Shown here: positions 40,800-50,321 of the stretch, in pieces | How the letters are laid out: each line of letters opens with the position of its first letter | How positions within the stretch are numbered: the stretch's first letter is position 1 | NCBI GenBank assembly: GCA_020061305.1 | Contig: JAGUYM010000014.1 | Location: 49,372 to 113,371, forward strand | Length of the DNA stretch: 64,000 nt | Reading direction: 5' to 3' | Source of the DNA: Candidatus Woesebacteria bacterium | GTDB taxonomy: Bacteria; Patescibacteriota; Microgenomatia; UBA8517 | Notes under the pieces: model-generated | Told to the model about the DNA's origin: nothing | What the model saw: the letters and a program-made list of their open reading frames with translations, nothing else | Database searches by the model: none | Program-made: the position numbers and the translations under genes

Positions 40800-41800
40800 A
40801 ATATAAAGCCTCCTAATGTTAGGGCAACTCCTATGATTGTATAGAGTTTATAAGTACTATTCAAATTAAGGGCCAATACACCCAATATTGCTGTTATCGA
40901 CCAATAAACTTGAGCCACTTGTTTTTTAGAAAGACCAAGATTATCTAGCAATTTATGATGGAAATGACCCCTATCTCCCCAAACTGGAGATTTACCAGCG
41001 AGAATCCTTCTTATTACCACAAAGCCTGTATCAATTAAAGGTACACCCAAAACTACAATTAGGGTACCGACCTTTGTGGTTGAGAGAATTGAAGAAATGG
41101 CTAAAAAATATCCGGCCAAAGTTGCACCTCCATAGCCAGGCATAATTTTTTGTGGAAATTTATGGTAAAGCAAAAATCCCATAAATGCGCCGCCAGTAAT
41201 GCTTGTTAATATTGAAACGGGCCATTGAGTGATATCTGCAGAGTGATACAAAGATAGTGCGGTGATGGTTATTGCAGATACCACAACAACACCTGAAAGT
41301 TGACCGTCAATCCCTTTGGCACCCATATTAATCATGTTCATCATAAAGACTATCCAAAAAACTGCAAAAGTTTTAGAGATGATTGGATTTGTCAAGTCTA
41401 TTATTCCACCCAAAGGATTTGTTAAAAAGTCGATGCCAACTCCAAAATAAACTGGAATTAAAGCTGCTAAAATTCCTAAAAATAGCCTCAAATAGGGGTT
41501 TAGATTGTATCTATCGTCCAAAAAACCCATTAAAAACACTACAAACCCTCCCATTAAAATTGACGCAATATGGATATCTAGGGGAATAAATATTAAAGAC
41601 GAAGTCAAAATTGCTAAAAAAATTGGTATTCCACCGCCTCTTGGTGTTGGCTTAGTATGAATCACCTTTGGGTGTTTATTAATCCTGGGATCATCAAGAA
41701 TTTTTAACCCTTTGGCATACTTAATAATAATAGGAGTAACTACAGACGAAACAACAAAAGATACGATAAAAGGAAATATAAATAAGTTTAATAGTGACAT
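40775..41800 (-). CDS. WecA/TagO-type polyprenyl-P HexNAc-1-P transferase
   Basis: HTKPTPRGGG, GFLDD, GIDG, VP-IDT, DRGHFHH. Confidence 0.9.
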   Translation of the reverse strand: MSLLNLFIFPFIVSFVVSSVVTPIIIKYAKGLKILDDPRINKHPKVIHTKPTPRGGGIPIFLAILTSSLIFIPLDIHIASILMGGFVVFLMGFLDDRYNLNPYLRLFLGILAALIPVYFGVGIDFLTNPLGGIIDLTNPIISKTFAVFWIVFMMNMINMGAKGIDGQLSGVVVVSAITITALSLYHSADITQWPVSILTSITGGAFMGFLLYHKFPQKIMPGYGGATLAGYFLAISSILSTTKVGTLIVVLGVPLIDTGFVVIRRILAGKSPVWGDRGHFHHKLLDNLGLSKKQVAQVYWSITAILGVLALNLNSTYKLYTIIGVALTLGGFILWLTRRSK

Positions 41801-41801
41801 T

Positions 41802-42167
41802 TTAAAATGATCCAACTAAAAAAATTATCTTGATAACGGTAATTGCCGAAAGAATATTTAACGAAAAAGCTGTAATGATTAGAGTTTTTTTAAAAAAATG
41901 ACTATCTATTTTCAATGCAATCAGGCAATTAACTAAAGTTAAAACGACTGCCAAGATTGGTGGAATTAAAATATAAATTGACCTGGCAATTTGTAGATTT
42001 CCATAAGGCATCCCATAAAAAAGTGGAATTTCAGGAGGAAGTATAAATTGAGAAAGTAAGGTAAGTAATGTAATTATTAAACCAAAGACAAATGAAAAGA
42101 CGACAAGTTTTGAAAGGGGCAGTTTTTCGAGTTCGGGTTTTAAGTTTATCTTTTGATATATAGCCAT
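41802..42167 (-). CDS. Small 3-TM hypothetical protein
   Basis: LPPEIPLFY--P-G motif; operonic. Confidence 0.75.
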   Translation of the reverse strand: MAIYQKINLKPELEKLPLSKLVVFSFVFGLIITLLTLLSQFILPPEIPLFYGMPYGNLQIARSIYILIPPILAVVLTLVNCLIALKIDSHFFKKTLIITAFSLNILSAITVIKIIFLVGSF

Positions 42168-43633
42168 ATTTGAGAGGATCCAATTTCTCTAACTATGTAA
42201 TAATTTGCTTGAACAAATTCATCAAGTTCTGGGAATGTGTATGAGTTTTCAGTGATAACTATAAATTTAGGGAATGTCTTTGATAATATATCAATAACTT
42301 CTTGTGGATTCGAAAAATCTCTGAAATGATAATCTGCAACATATTTTGTAGGTGGAAGTCTTTTGGAAAGTGTATAAATTGCGGATGAATCATTACTCCA
42401 GACAAAAACTTTCTCATTTGGCCTGGCTGAAGTTTTTAAAAATTTCGCAACTTCATAGTTTTCAGATACTTTTTCTGAAAATCTATTAAAATACTCAACT
42501 TTTCCAATTTGTTTTGTGGCAAATTGAATAAAGTTTTTATAATAATTTATGGTTGAATAATGCCAGAATTTAAAATAAAAAGGTACAAAGAAAAATAAAG
42601 TTAAGGGAACTATAACCATAACTTGTTCGATATTTTTTAATGTAAAAAGCATGCCAAATAATATTGCAGTAGGCGCAATTGATTGTAAAAGATAATGGGG
42701 ATATGGCCTTTCAGAAAGTGTTGCTGCAAAAAGTGTTGTTAAAAGCCAAGCTGTAATAAAAACAAATTGTTTAGATAGATTATTTCTTTTTAGCCATAAA
42801 ATTATAAAGCCAATAACTATTATCACAAATCTAATTAAAAGTGGAGCATTTTTCTCCAAGAATGGCTTTTGTATATCACTTGCGCGCCAACTACTGACAT
42901 AGCCAATATTTTGCAAATATGCTGCAACAATATATTCTTTTATGGAGCCTGCAAAATAAAACCAAACAAAAGTCAGGCCGATTGGTATTACAAATCCTAG
43001 TGTTAAAGCTAAAATTTTTGTAACCAATAGTTTTAAATCTTGAGTCTTAAGTCTTGTGTAAATAACCCAAAAGGCAATAATTGCCAAAATATCAAAAGCA
43101 GCGACTATTTTAAATAGTGTTGCAATTGAAAATAAAAATCCAACCCAAAATATTTTTTTGAGATTATCTTTGGCCACAAAAAACAGATTGAGGGCAAGAA
43201 GGGTAAAAAGCATCATAAAGTTTTCTGCATTGGCAATATTTCCTTCGAGAGTGGGAAGTGTAGTAAAAATTCCAAAAAGGAGAGTGGAAACCATTTGAAG
43301 TCTCTTTTTGTTTGGGAATAGATTTTTTACTAATTTCCAGAACAAATAAACTGAAAATAGGCTAAAAATTGCCAGTAAAACTTTAAACATAAATAAATTA
43401 CCAGCTAAAGCTGCCGTTAAGTAAAGAAGTGGAGGTTTATTATCATGAAGACCAGAATAAAGCGGAACACCTTGTCTTATGCCTTCTCCAAGTGTCATAT
43501 AAATCATCTCATCGCCGTAATAATAAGGCTCAAAAAAACTGGGGATACGAAGTAGAATCAGAACAGCAAAAAATATCTCCAACCAAACAGGTGTGTCTAT
43601 TTTGGAAATAATTTTGTTCCAGAAATTCCTCAT
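42146..43633 (-). CDS. GT-C fold glycosyltransferase (ArnT/PMT-like)
   Basis: DE-IY, Y----DNKPPLLY, YPHY; multi-TM. Confidence 0.85.
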   Translation of the reverse strand: MRNFWNKIISKIDTPVWLEIFFAVLILLRIPSFFEPYYYGDEMIYMTLGEGIRQGVPLYSGLHDNKPPLLYLTAALAGNLFMFKVLLAIFSLFSVYLFWKLVKNLFPNKKRLQMVSTLLFGIFTTLPTLEGNIANAENFMMLFTLLALNLFFVAKDNLKKIFWVGFLFSIATLFKIVAAFDILAIIAFWVIYTRLKTQDLKLLVTKILALTLGFVIPIGLTFVWFYFAGSIKEYIVAAYLQNIGYVSSWRASDIQKPFLEKNAPLLIRFVIIVIGFIILWLKRNNLSKQFVFITAWLLTTLFAATLSERPYPHYLLQSIAPTAILFGMLFTLKNIEQVMVIVPLTLFFFVPFYFKFWHYSTINYYKNFIQFATKQIGKVEYFNRFSEKVSENYEVAKFLKTSARPNEKVFVWSNDSSAIYTLSKRLPPTKYVADYHFRDFSNPQEVIDILSKTFPKFIVITENSYTFPELDEFVQANYYIVREIGSSQIWLYIKR

Positions 43634-43663
43634 CTGTTATAATATTAACATACAAAAGCCTTT

Positions 43664-44047
43664 ATGAAAATTAAATCATTAACGCCAGAACTTTTAGTTG
43701 AAAATGTGCAAGTTACTATTGAATTTTATGAAAAAATTCTTGGGTTTAAGATTAAATTAAGTGTCCCGCAAGAAAAGCCGTTTTTTGTTGTCATGATCAA
43801 GGATGACATAGAAATTATGCTATACGCACGTCAAAATTTTGAAGATGAAATTGATGAACTAAAGTTCCTGAAAACCGGTGGTACATTTATGATTTATTTT
43901 AAGGTTTTAGATATCGAGGAGTTTTATAAGACAATAAAAGAAAAAGCTGAAATTATACAGAAACTTCATGATACAGAGTATGGGTCTAAAGAATTCATTA
44001 TCAAAGACAATAATGGTTATTTTTTAGGATTCTTTCAAGATGTGTGA
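43664..44047 (+). CDS. VOC/glyoxalase family protein
   Basis: L-V-NV--TIEFY--ILGF, YGSKEF-IKDNNGY. Confidence 0.9.
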   Translation: MKIKSLTPELLVENVQVTIEFYEKILGFKIKLSVPQEKPFFVVMIKDDIEIMLYARQNFEDEIDELKFLKTGGTFMIYFKVLDIEEFYKTIKEKAEIIQKLHDTEYGSKEFIIKDNNGYFLGFFQDV

Positions 44048-44063
44048 GGAAAAATTAAAGATA

Positions 44064-44100
44064 TTGACAATTGAGTGTAAGTTAGCTAAGATTAGCTAAG
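44064..44100 (+). promoter_or_regulatory. TA promoter with tandem TTAGCTAA palindromic operators
   Basis: TTGACA-17-TAAGAT, with two TTAGCTAA palindromes over the -10 and +1. Confidence 0.7.
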
Positions 44101-44101
44101 T

Positions 44102-44332
44102 ATGATAGTTGCAAATATACATGAAGCCAAAACAAACCTTTCCAAGCTCATATCTGCCGTTATGAAGGGGGAGGAGATTATTCTTGCTAAAAGCGGTCTG
44201 CCTGTTGCAAAAATCACTCAATTAAATCAAGACAAGATATTAAATTCTTATGGAAAATTCAAAAATAAAATTTTTATGCCTGACAACTTTAATGAGGAAG
44301 ATTCAAAAATAAATAAACTGTTCTACGAATGA
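44102..44332 (+). CDS. Phd/YefM antitoxin
   Basis: NIHEAKTNLSKLI--V--GEEII-AK-G-PVAK. Confidence 0.92.
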   Translation: MIVANIHEAKTNLSKLISAVMKGEEIILAKSGLPVAKITQLNQDKILNSYGKFKNKIFMPDNFNEEDSKINKLFYE

Positions 44333-44691
44333 AATATTTATTAGATACAAGTATTTTGATTTGGTGGCTGACTGGAGATAATAGACTTAAAACTGAAACA
44401 AGAGGAATAATTTCAAGTAGTAGTTATGTAAAATATGTAAGTGTTATTTCAGTTTGGGAAATAATTATTAAAAGTCAGGCAAAAAAATTGAAGTTAGTGG
44501 TTCCGTTAAAAAAAGTTTTGGATGATTTTGGTTTTGAGATATTAAATATAAATTTAGATCATGTATTAAAAATGGATGCCTTGCCTTTAATTCATAAAGA
44601 TCCATTTGATAGAATGCTTATTGCTCAATCCATGGTTGAGAACTGCAAATTATTAACTTCAGACAAAAAAGTGTTGAAATATTTTAATTAA
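44329..44691 (+). CDS. vapC: VapC PIN-domain toxin
   Basis: YLLDTS, S--S-WEI-IK, HKDPFDRMLIAQ, LLTSD. Confidence 0.93.
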   Translation: MKYLLDTSILIWWLTGDNRLKTETRGIISSSSYVKYVSVISVWEIIIKSQAKKLKLVVPLKKVLDDFGFEILNINLDHVLKMDALPLIHKDPFDRMLIAQSMVENCKLLTSDKKVLKYFN

Positions 44692-46172
44692 ACCTTTTCA
44701 GTAACTTTGTATTCGATATACTTCCCCAACATCAACCTTGTGTGTGCGTCAATGCCGGGGAGAGCCCCAAAGAAAAATCCGACCAAGGGCATTAAAACAA
44801 ATTCAAATGGTGAAAATATTCTTTTCCAAACCGAAACATTTTTTGGTTTATAAACATTATCTATAAAAATCATGACAATAAGAAATGACAAGGAAAGGGT
44901 AAGAATAATTGATGACATTTTAGGAACCATAAAGCCCAAAGCAGTTCTTCCAAATGCAGGATTTATAATTGTTGGAAGTGTTAGTCCAATTGTGATAATA
45001 AACCAGTTTACAGGCCACATAAAATGTGACCATATTACATGGATCACCCTTGTGGTTTTGTCCCAAAAAGGAATTTTCCTATCAACTATATAATTTTTAA
45101 TAATCCAAGGGTCATCAGATGTTCCCCAAGCCCATCTTTGAATTTGGGAATACTGGTTTTTGAAAGTCTGCCAAATATTGTGGGATTGTACCGCATCTGC
45201 AAATAGGGGAAGATAAATTGGTTCCACCTCAACACCACCACCCATTTTATAAAAAGATTTAAAGAATATTCCCCAATCCTCAGGTATTTTATCTGCATCC
45301 CAATAACCGGATTTATGAAGGAGTTTAAATGAAAGTGAATAATGGCCAGGGCCGATTATTAATCTATCTTTTCTTGGAAGTTGTGACAAATTCCAAATAG
45401 ACATTAAAGTATTTAATACCCTAATTGGAGATGGTACCTGCCAAATATTGTTGTAAAAAAGAATTACAGGTTGCCAGAAATATTTATATCTATTTGGATT
45501 GTCTAAAAATTTAAAAGAAAGTGCAGAAAAATAATTTTTGTTAAAAGTGTGATCTGCATCGCAACTTGTGACTGTTAAATATTCTAAATCTATACTTTTT
45601 GTTTTTAAAAATTTATTGTGATACCATGTAGCAGCAAATTTTTCATTTGATGCTTTACCCACGACTTCCCCAATTTTTAATTTGTGGACAGTTTGATAAA
45701 ACCCCCCAAAGAATTTGCCATACTTAGAGTTTAGAGTTTTGAATTTAGAATTTCTATCAATTTCTAACTCTTTTTCTTCCATGGCAATTATTATTTGAAT
45801 TTGTTTGGTGGGTAAAGTTTGGCAGATCAGGGACTCCACTGTTCTCTCTAAAATATAAAGAGGTTCCTTATAAGTTGGAATGATTATTAGATGATTTAAT
45901 TTTTTCCAATCATTAAAAGTTTTAAGGTCAGATAGCCAGTCATAATTTATAGATGCCTGAATTCTAGTGTGGGAAATAATTGATGTAATTGCAATTAAAA
46001 AAGATTGGTAAAACCAATAGACATTAAATAAAAGAACAAAATAAGCAACAAAGTTAGGAAAAACAAAAATCCCCCAATAAGGAAGAAGGATCATATTCCA
46101 AGAAAAAAAACCCGGTAAAATTTCCAGAAATCTTAATGTAAGTCTTTCGTTTTTGATAATCCAAGCTCTCAT
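44688..46172 (-). CDS. GT2-family membrane glycosyltransferase
   Basis: IIPTYKE, GKASN, DAD, ED, QIQRWAWG. Confidence 0.88.
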   Translation of the reverse strand: MRAWIIKNERLTLRFLEILPGFFSWNMILLPYWGIFVFPNFVAYFVLLFNVYWFYQSFLIAITSIISHTRIQASINYDWLSDLKTFNDWKKLNHLIIIPTYKEPLYILERTVESLICQTLPTKQIQIIIAMEEKELEIDRNSKFKTLNSKYGKFFGGFYQTVHKLKIGEVVGKASNEKFAATWYHNKFLKTKSIDLEYLTVTSCDADHTFNKNYFSALSFKFLDNPNRYKYFWQPVILFYNNIWQVPSPIRVLNTLMSIWNLSQLPRKDRLIIGPGHYSLSFKLLHKSGYWDADKIPEDWGIFFKSFYKMGGGVEVEPIYLPLFADAVQSHNIWQTFKNQYSQIQRWAWGTSDDPWIIKNYIVDRKIPFWDKTTRVIHVIWSHFMWPVNWFIITIGLTLPTIINPAFGRTALGFMVPKMSSIILTLSLSFLIVMIFIDNVYKPKNVSVWKRIFSPFEFVLMPLVGFFFGALPGIDAHTRLMLGKYIEYKVTEKV

Positions 46173-47578
46173 ATGCGAGGGAATAATGGCTCTACTGATT
46201 TAATTTTCGGGCCTTTAAAATCATCTAAAATTTTTTCTGCAGTCTGGGGCATAAATGACTGCAAGTTATACGCTATATGCCGTATGGTCAAAATAGATTC
46301 TTGCAAAAAACTTCGTAAATCTTTCCCCTCGAGTTTCCATGGTTCTATTTCATTTGTTTTTTTGTCCAAATCTGATATTTTTTGCCAAATTAACTTTAGG
46401 GCTTCATCAAATCTATAATTTTCAATATGTTTTGCAACATTTTTGTCAAAATGGTTTTTGTTGCCAATTTCAAACTCAAAATCACTCTTTTCTGCAAGTT
46501 TAGTAACTCTGGAAACTAAATTTCCAAGTCCATTTGCAAGGTCTGCATTATATTTTTGATCAAATGCCTCAAGTGATATGTCACCATCGGTTCCAAATGC
46601 TACTGCAGATATTAACAAATATCTTGATCCATCAACTCCATATTTATCAACCAGTTCTTGGGGTGTAATTACATTACCTAATGATTTAGACATTTTTTGA
46701 CCATCTCTGGTAAAAAAACCGTGTGCAAATATAGTTTTGGGCAGTTCAATTTCTGCTGCAATAAGAATTGCCTCCCAAATTACAGCATGAAACCATAAGA
46801 TATCCTTTGCCATCAGGTGCAAATCTGCAGGCCAAAAGATTTCTTTATTTTCTAAAAAGCGCGTCGCAGAATAATAATTCATCAACGCTTCGACCCAAAC
46901 ATAGCAAGTTTGATTTTTGTCCCATGGAAGTGGGATTCCCCAAGTTACACCTTCCCTAGATATAGAAATGTCTTCAACTCCTTGCTCAATTCTTGCCAGG
47001 ACTTCATTTTTTCTGATCTCGGGAAGAATTTTATAATCACTATTTTTTATTTTGGGAAGAACTTCATTTTCAACAACTTCTTTTAGTTTAAAAAAATAAT
47101 TTCTTTCTTTTTGATACGAAACATCTTTATCTGGATGGAGTGGGCATCTGTTGTTTAACAATTCTGATTCTTTATAATATCTCTCGCAACCAACACAATA
47201 TGGCCCTTCATAGGTTCCCGGATATATATACCCTTTGTCATGTAGTTTTTGTAACAAGTCAGACGCTATTTTTTCATGTCTTGGATCGGTTGTTCTTATA
47301 AAATAATCATAATTAATATTTAAAAGTTTCCATGCCTCTTTAAATTTGGGCACAATTGAGTCAGCAAACTCAATTGGAGTTTGGTTGTTTTTTTTAGCCG
47401 ACTCAGCTATTTTTTGTCCATGCTCATCTGTCCCAGTCAGAAAGAAGACATTATCTTTGCCAAGCTTTTCTCTGTAATATCTAGCAATAATGTCAGCAGC
47501 CAGTGTTGTATAAGTACTTCCTATATGTGGTGCGTCATTGACATAATAAATCGGTGTGGTTACATAATATTTCTTCAT
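46169..47578 (-). CDS. metG: Methionyl-tRNA synthetase
   Basis: TTPIYYVNDAPHIG, TGTDEHGQK, KDIL-FH, KMSKSLGN. Confidence 0.97.
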   Translation of the reverse strand: MKKYYVTTPIYYVNDAPHIGSTYTTLAADIIARYYREKLGKDNVFFLTGTDEHGQKIAESAKKNNQTPIEFADSIVPKFKEAWKLLNINYDYFIRTTDPRHEKIASDLLQKLHDKGYIYPGTYEGPYCVGCERYYKESELLNNRCPLHPDKDVSYQKERNYFFKLKEVVENEVLPKIKNSDYKILPEIRKNEVLARIEQGVEDISISREGVTWGIPLPWDKNQTCYVWVEALMNYYSATRFLENKEIFWPADLHLMAKDILWFHAVIWEAILIAAEIELPKTIFAHGFFTRDGQKMSKSLGNVITPQELVDKYGVDGSRYLLISAVAFGTDGDISLEAFDQKYNADLANGLGNLVSRVTKLAEKSDFEFEIGNKNHFDKNVAKHIENYRFDEALKLIWQKISDLDKKTNEIEPWKLEGKDLRSFLQESILTIRHIAYNLQSFMPQTAEKILDDFKGPKIKSVEPLFPRI

Positions 47579-47607
47579 CTGAAGCTATTATACTAGGTTG
47601 TAAATGG

Positions 47608-47829
47608 CTATTCCACAATAGTTGCCTTTTCTTCGAGCAGCAATTGTAAGGCCATAAGCTTCAAATTATTAGAACTATCATTTAAGATTATAAAACTTTC
47701 AGAGCTGGGACCACCTGCAACCTCGAACTCATGTTTTAAATCATCAATTAAATTCTGAATTTGGAAAGTATCGAGTTTCCTGTATTTTTTCAGAAATGAA
47801 TTTAATGTAGATTCTTTTTCAATTGCCAT
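47608..47829 (-). CDS. Small hypothetical protein
   Basis: ORF only. Confidence 0.5.
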   Translation of the reverse strand: MAIEKESTLNSFLKKYRKLDTFQIQNLIDDLKHEFEVAGGPSSESFIILNDSSNNLKLMALQLLLEEKATIVE

Positions 47830-47889
47830 TTTGATTTTATTTTCCTTTTCTGAGTAAGAAAGAAAAGCAATAAAACTGATATATTTAGG

Positions 47890-48321
47890 TTATTTTGGAT
47901 TAGTAGGAGTGAAGTTGGGAATTTTTGGTTGCTTAAAAACTCCTAAGATTTCATTGGCTTTAGTTATAATCTCGTTGATATTTTGGACTGTCAAATCAAC
48001 ATTTTCACCTATTCTTTTAGTTATTACAACGCCCTTAAATTTATCTCGAACTGAAAAGTTTGCAGTACCTAATCCCACATTATCAATGCCTCTATTTAAT
48101 ATTTCGGCTGCAACGGAAGTAGCGGCCATATTGAGAACAAGATTAACTTGGGCAAATCTATCTTTGCTGGGATCTACTAACAGTAGATATCTACCAAAAC
48201 ATTCCATATTAGAGGCACCTGTGTCTTTGAGACTATTGTTTAGCATATCCCTAATTTTGTCAGGTAGATCAGCCCATTCCTCCCTTGATGTTTTTAATAC
48301 CTCTTTAGATTCCTTTGTCAT
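47890..48321 (-). CDS. Hypothetical protein
   Basis: ORF with a clear promoter immediately upstream. Confidence 0.7.
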   Translation of the reverse strand: MTKESKEVLKTSREEWADLPDKIRDMLNNSLKDTGASNMECFGRYLLLVDPSKDRFAQVNLVLNMAATSVAAEILNRGIDNVGLGTANFSVRDKFKGVVITKRIGENVDLTVQNINEIITKANEILGVFKQPKIPNFTPTNPK

Positions 48322-48327
48322 CTTTGA

Positions 48328-48360
48328 AGTTTACTTCTTCTTCTTCTTCTTCTTTGTCAA
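48328..48360 (-). promoter_or_regulatory. Promoter with microsatellite spacer TTGACA-(AAG)7-TAAACT
   Basis: (CTT)7 at 48334-48354 exactly fills the gap between TGTCAA (48355-48360) and AGTTTA (48328-48333); the ATG is 6 nt further on. Confidence 0.8.
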
Positions 48361-48474
48361 CTTGAAGTTGGGATTTTATATTTTTGTAGTCTTTTATGAT
48401 GAAAGCGAAAATTGTTTATTTTCTCACTCCATTTATTGGCCCAATCGTCTGCCTCCATCTGAGCGAGAGAATTA

Positions 48475-49458
48475 TTATTCAATCTCAGTTATCCTATTCA
48501 TTCCTAATTCAGGAGCAATTTTAAATTCTCCTTTGTCCTTAATGAAATTTTGTTCTACATTCGATACCAATTCTGCAGTAAGTTTAGAATCTGCGAAATC
48601 ATGAATTGAACGATTTTGAATATCAGGATTTATTAATAAGTATTCAAATCCATAACAATTTGCCAGATTTATAGATATTTCGTTTGGCACGATTGGATCA
48701 TCTTTAGCTATTAGTATTTTGCAATTAACGCCCCTTGTCTTAATCAGATCACCCACTGTTTTATATTTCATAATTTCTTCTCCCGACGGTTTTCAATTTT
48801 TATAATCTAAATTTTGATGAAAAACCTTTGATCTTCTCGAGCCTACTGTCAACAACGGTCCTTTGTGGTCAGCCGTTTCTATTAAAGAATTTCCTTGCAT
48901 AAAAATATCAGGTAGGTTTTGCCAAAAAGCAGGAGCACAGAGAGTCAAACTTATTACTGGACATTCTTTTTTTACATACTTTTTCCATTTCTCATAATAT
49001 TTATATTTTAAGAATCCTTCTTGGTCTTGTAAAAGATTGAACACTGCTTTTATTGCAGGTTCTGTGTGTCTTGAAAATGCTATTATATGAACTGGTTTCT
49101 TTGTTAGGTTGGTTGCACTTTCTATAGCCATAGAAACCCCGACCGATAACCATGACCATGCAAGCATGTTGGACTCGTCTCGTTGATCGTTTACTGTGAG
49201 TAATGTCTCTGCCCCTGTTTTGTTTGCCAATTCTTTAGCCATATTAGTGAAACTTTCTCCAATATTATTTACTGTATGACCGAAACCGGGGACTAATATA
49301 ATGGATTGGTATTGATTAGGAGATTTAGTCTTATAAGTGTTAATTTCCCAGCCAGGATGAAAAGCTGAAATGTTATCTGTTAAACCATTAAGTCCAGGCT
49401 CTTCTGACAAGGGATGACCCGATATTTTGACATGTCTGGTATGCGTAATCTCTGTCAT
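48475..49458 (-). pseudogene. Alpha/beta-hydrolase-like gene split by one in-frame TGA (48793-48795)
   Basis: The two track ORFs are in the same frame: ...DYKN*KPSGEEIMKYK... Motifs ILVPGFG, HIIAFS, AKDDPIVP and HDF are spread across both parts. Confidence 0.65.
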
Positions 49459-49811
49459 TTTAATATTGAAATGTTTTTAATTCTGGTGATCCAAACATTT
49501 GCAAATTCTTCAGCCTCCATTTTTTTTAATGCTAACCTTATTCCCTCTTTTTCCATCTGTTTTTCAAGAATTGCAATTGTTGCTGACGAAACCTTTAAAT
49601 TGTTTTTTATGTTTTCGTAACTTCTTCGCTTTTTGAGCCAATAAAAAATAGCCAATCTTTTAGAGTAAGTTTCCAGCTCGATATCATTAAAAAAGTCCGT
49701 GAAAAAGGTTTCTTTTTCATCGATGTTTTTCATGTCATCAATGGTTTGAATAAAACTTTTTATGATAGTTTTTTTTAAAGAGGGAGACAAACTATTTTTT
49801 GATATTCTCAT
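49455..49811 (-). CDS. TrpR-like (YerC/YecD) regulator
   Basis: F----ELE---KRLAI---L----SY--I---LKVSSATIA. Confidence 0.85.
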   Translation of the reverse strand: MRISKNSLSPSLKKTIIKSFIQTIDDMKNIDEKETFFTDFFNDIELETYSKRLAIFYWLKKRRSYENIKNNLKVSSATIAILEKQMEKEGIRLALKKMEAEEFANVWITRIKNISILK

Positions 49812-50151
49812 AGACTAGAGCGATTATACCAAGACCTGTTAGTAATACAAAATTTATAATATTTCCCACTCCCAAAATCCTTAGTATCAGAAAAATTATT
49901 AAAACCAAAGAAACAATAAATCCCTTTTTTGCGTTGCCAATAACAAGTGAAAAAGTAAATAGAAATAAGGCAAAAAGTAATAAGAAAAATATAAAGATAA
50001 CAAGAAAGTTATCTGGGGAAGTAAAATAAACAAGATTTAGAATTGTTAAAATTAGCAATAATATTACAACAAGAGTTGGTAAAAAATTCTTTCGCCTCAA
50101 TGTATTTACCCTCACACCAATTTTATTATGTTTATTTAAATTACTTATCAT
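49792..50151 (-). CDS. Small 4-TM hypothetical protein (may start at TTG 50100)
   Basis: Hydrophobic ORF overlapping the downstream gene start. Confidence 0.7.
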   Translation of the reverse strand: MISNLNKHNKIGVRVNTLRRKNFLPTLVVILLLILTILNLVYFTSPDNFLVIFIFFLLLFALFLFTFSLVIGNAKKGFIVSLVLIIFLILRILGVGNIINFVLLTGLGIIALVYENIKK

Positions 50152-50306
50152 ACTTGATACTTTTAATTATACGTTTTTTAAGTTGAGCTAAGGTTCTACC
50201 TCTTAATTTTAAACTTTTTTCTCTGTGTCATGCCTCAGATTCCGCGGTATAGGCTTCGTAATAAACTTTTTAAAATATACATGTAGAACATAATTGGTGT
50301 GAGGGT
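50108..50306. repeat. 15-bp perfect inverted repeat enclosing an internal stem-bubble-stem
   Basis: ACCCTCACACCAATT (50108-50122) and AATTGGTGTGAGGGT (50292-50306). Confidence 0.8.
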
Positions 50307-50321
50307 GTATGATTTCTTTGT

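Noticed and set aside
47909-48604. 231-aa plus-strand ORF with poly-Phe
   Set aside because: Antisense shadow of two minus-strand genes; the poly-Phe is the promoter microsatellite.
48793-48795. UGA recoding (code 25 or selenocysteine)
   Set aside because: TGA is the normal stop for other genes here (yidD, rmuC, pcrA, metG), and core genes have no internal TGA.
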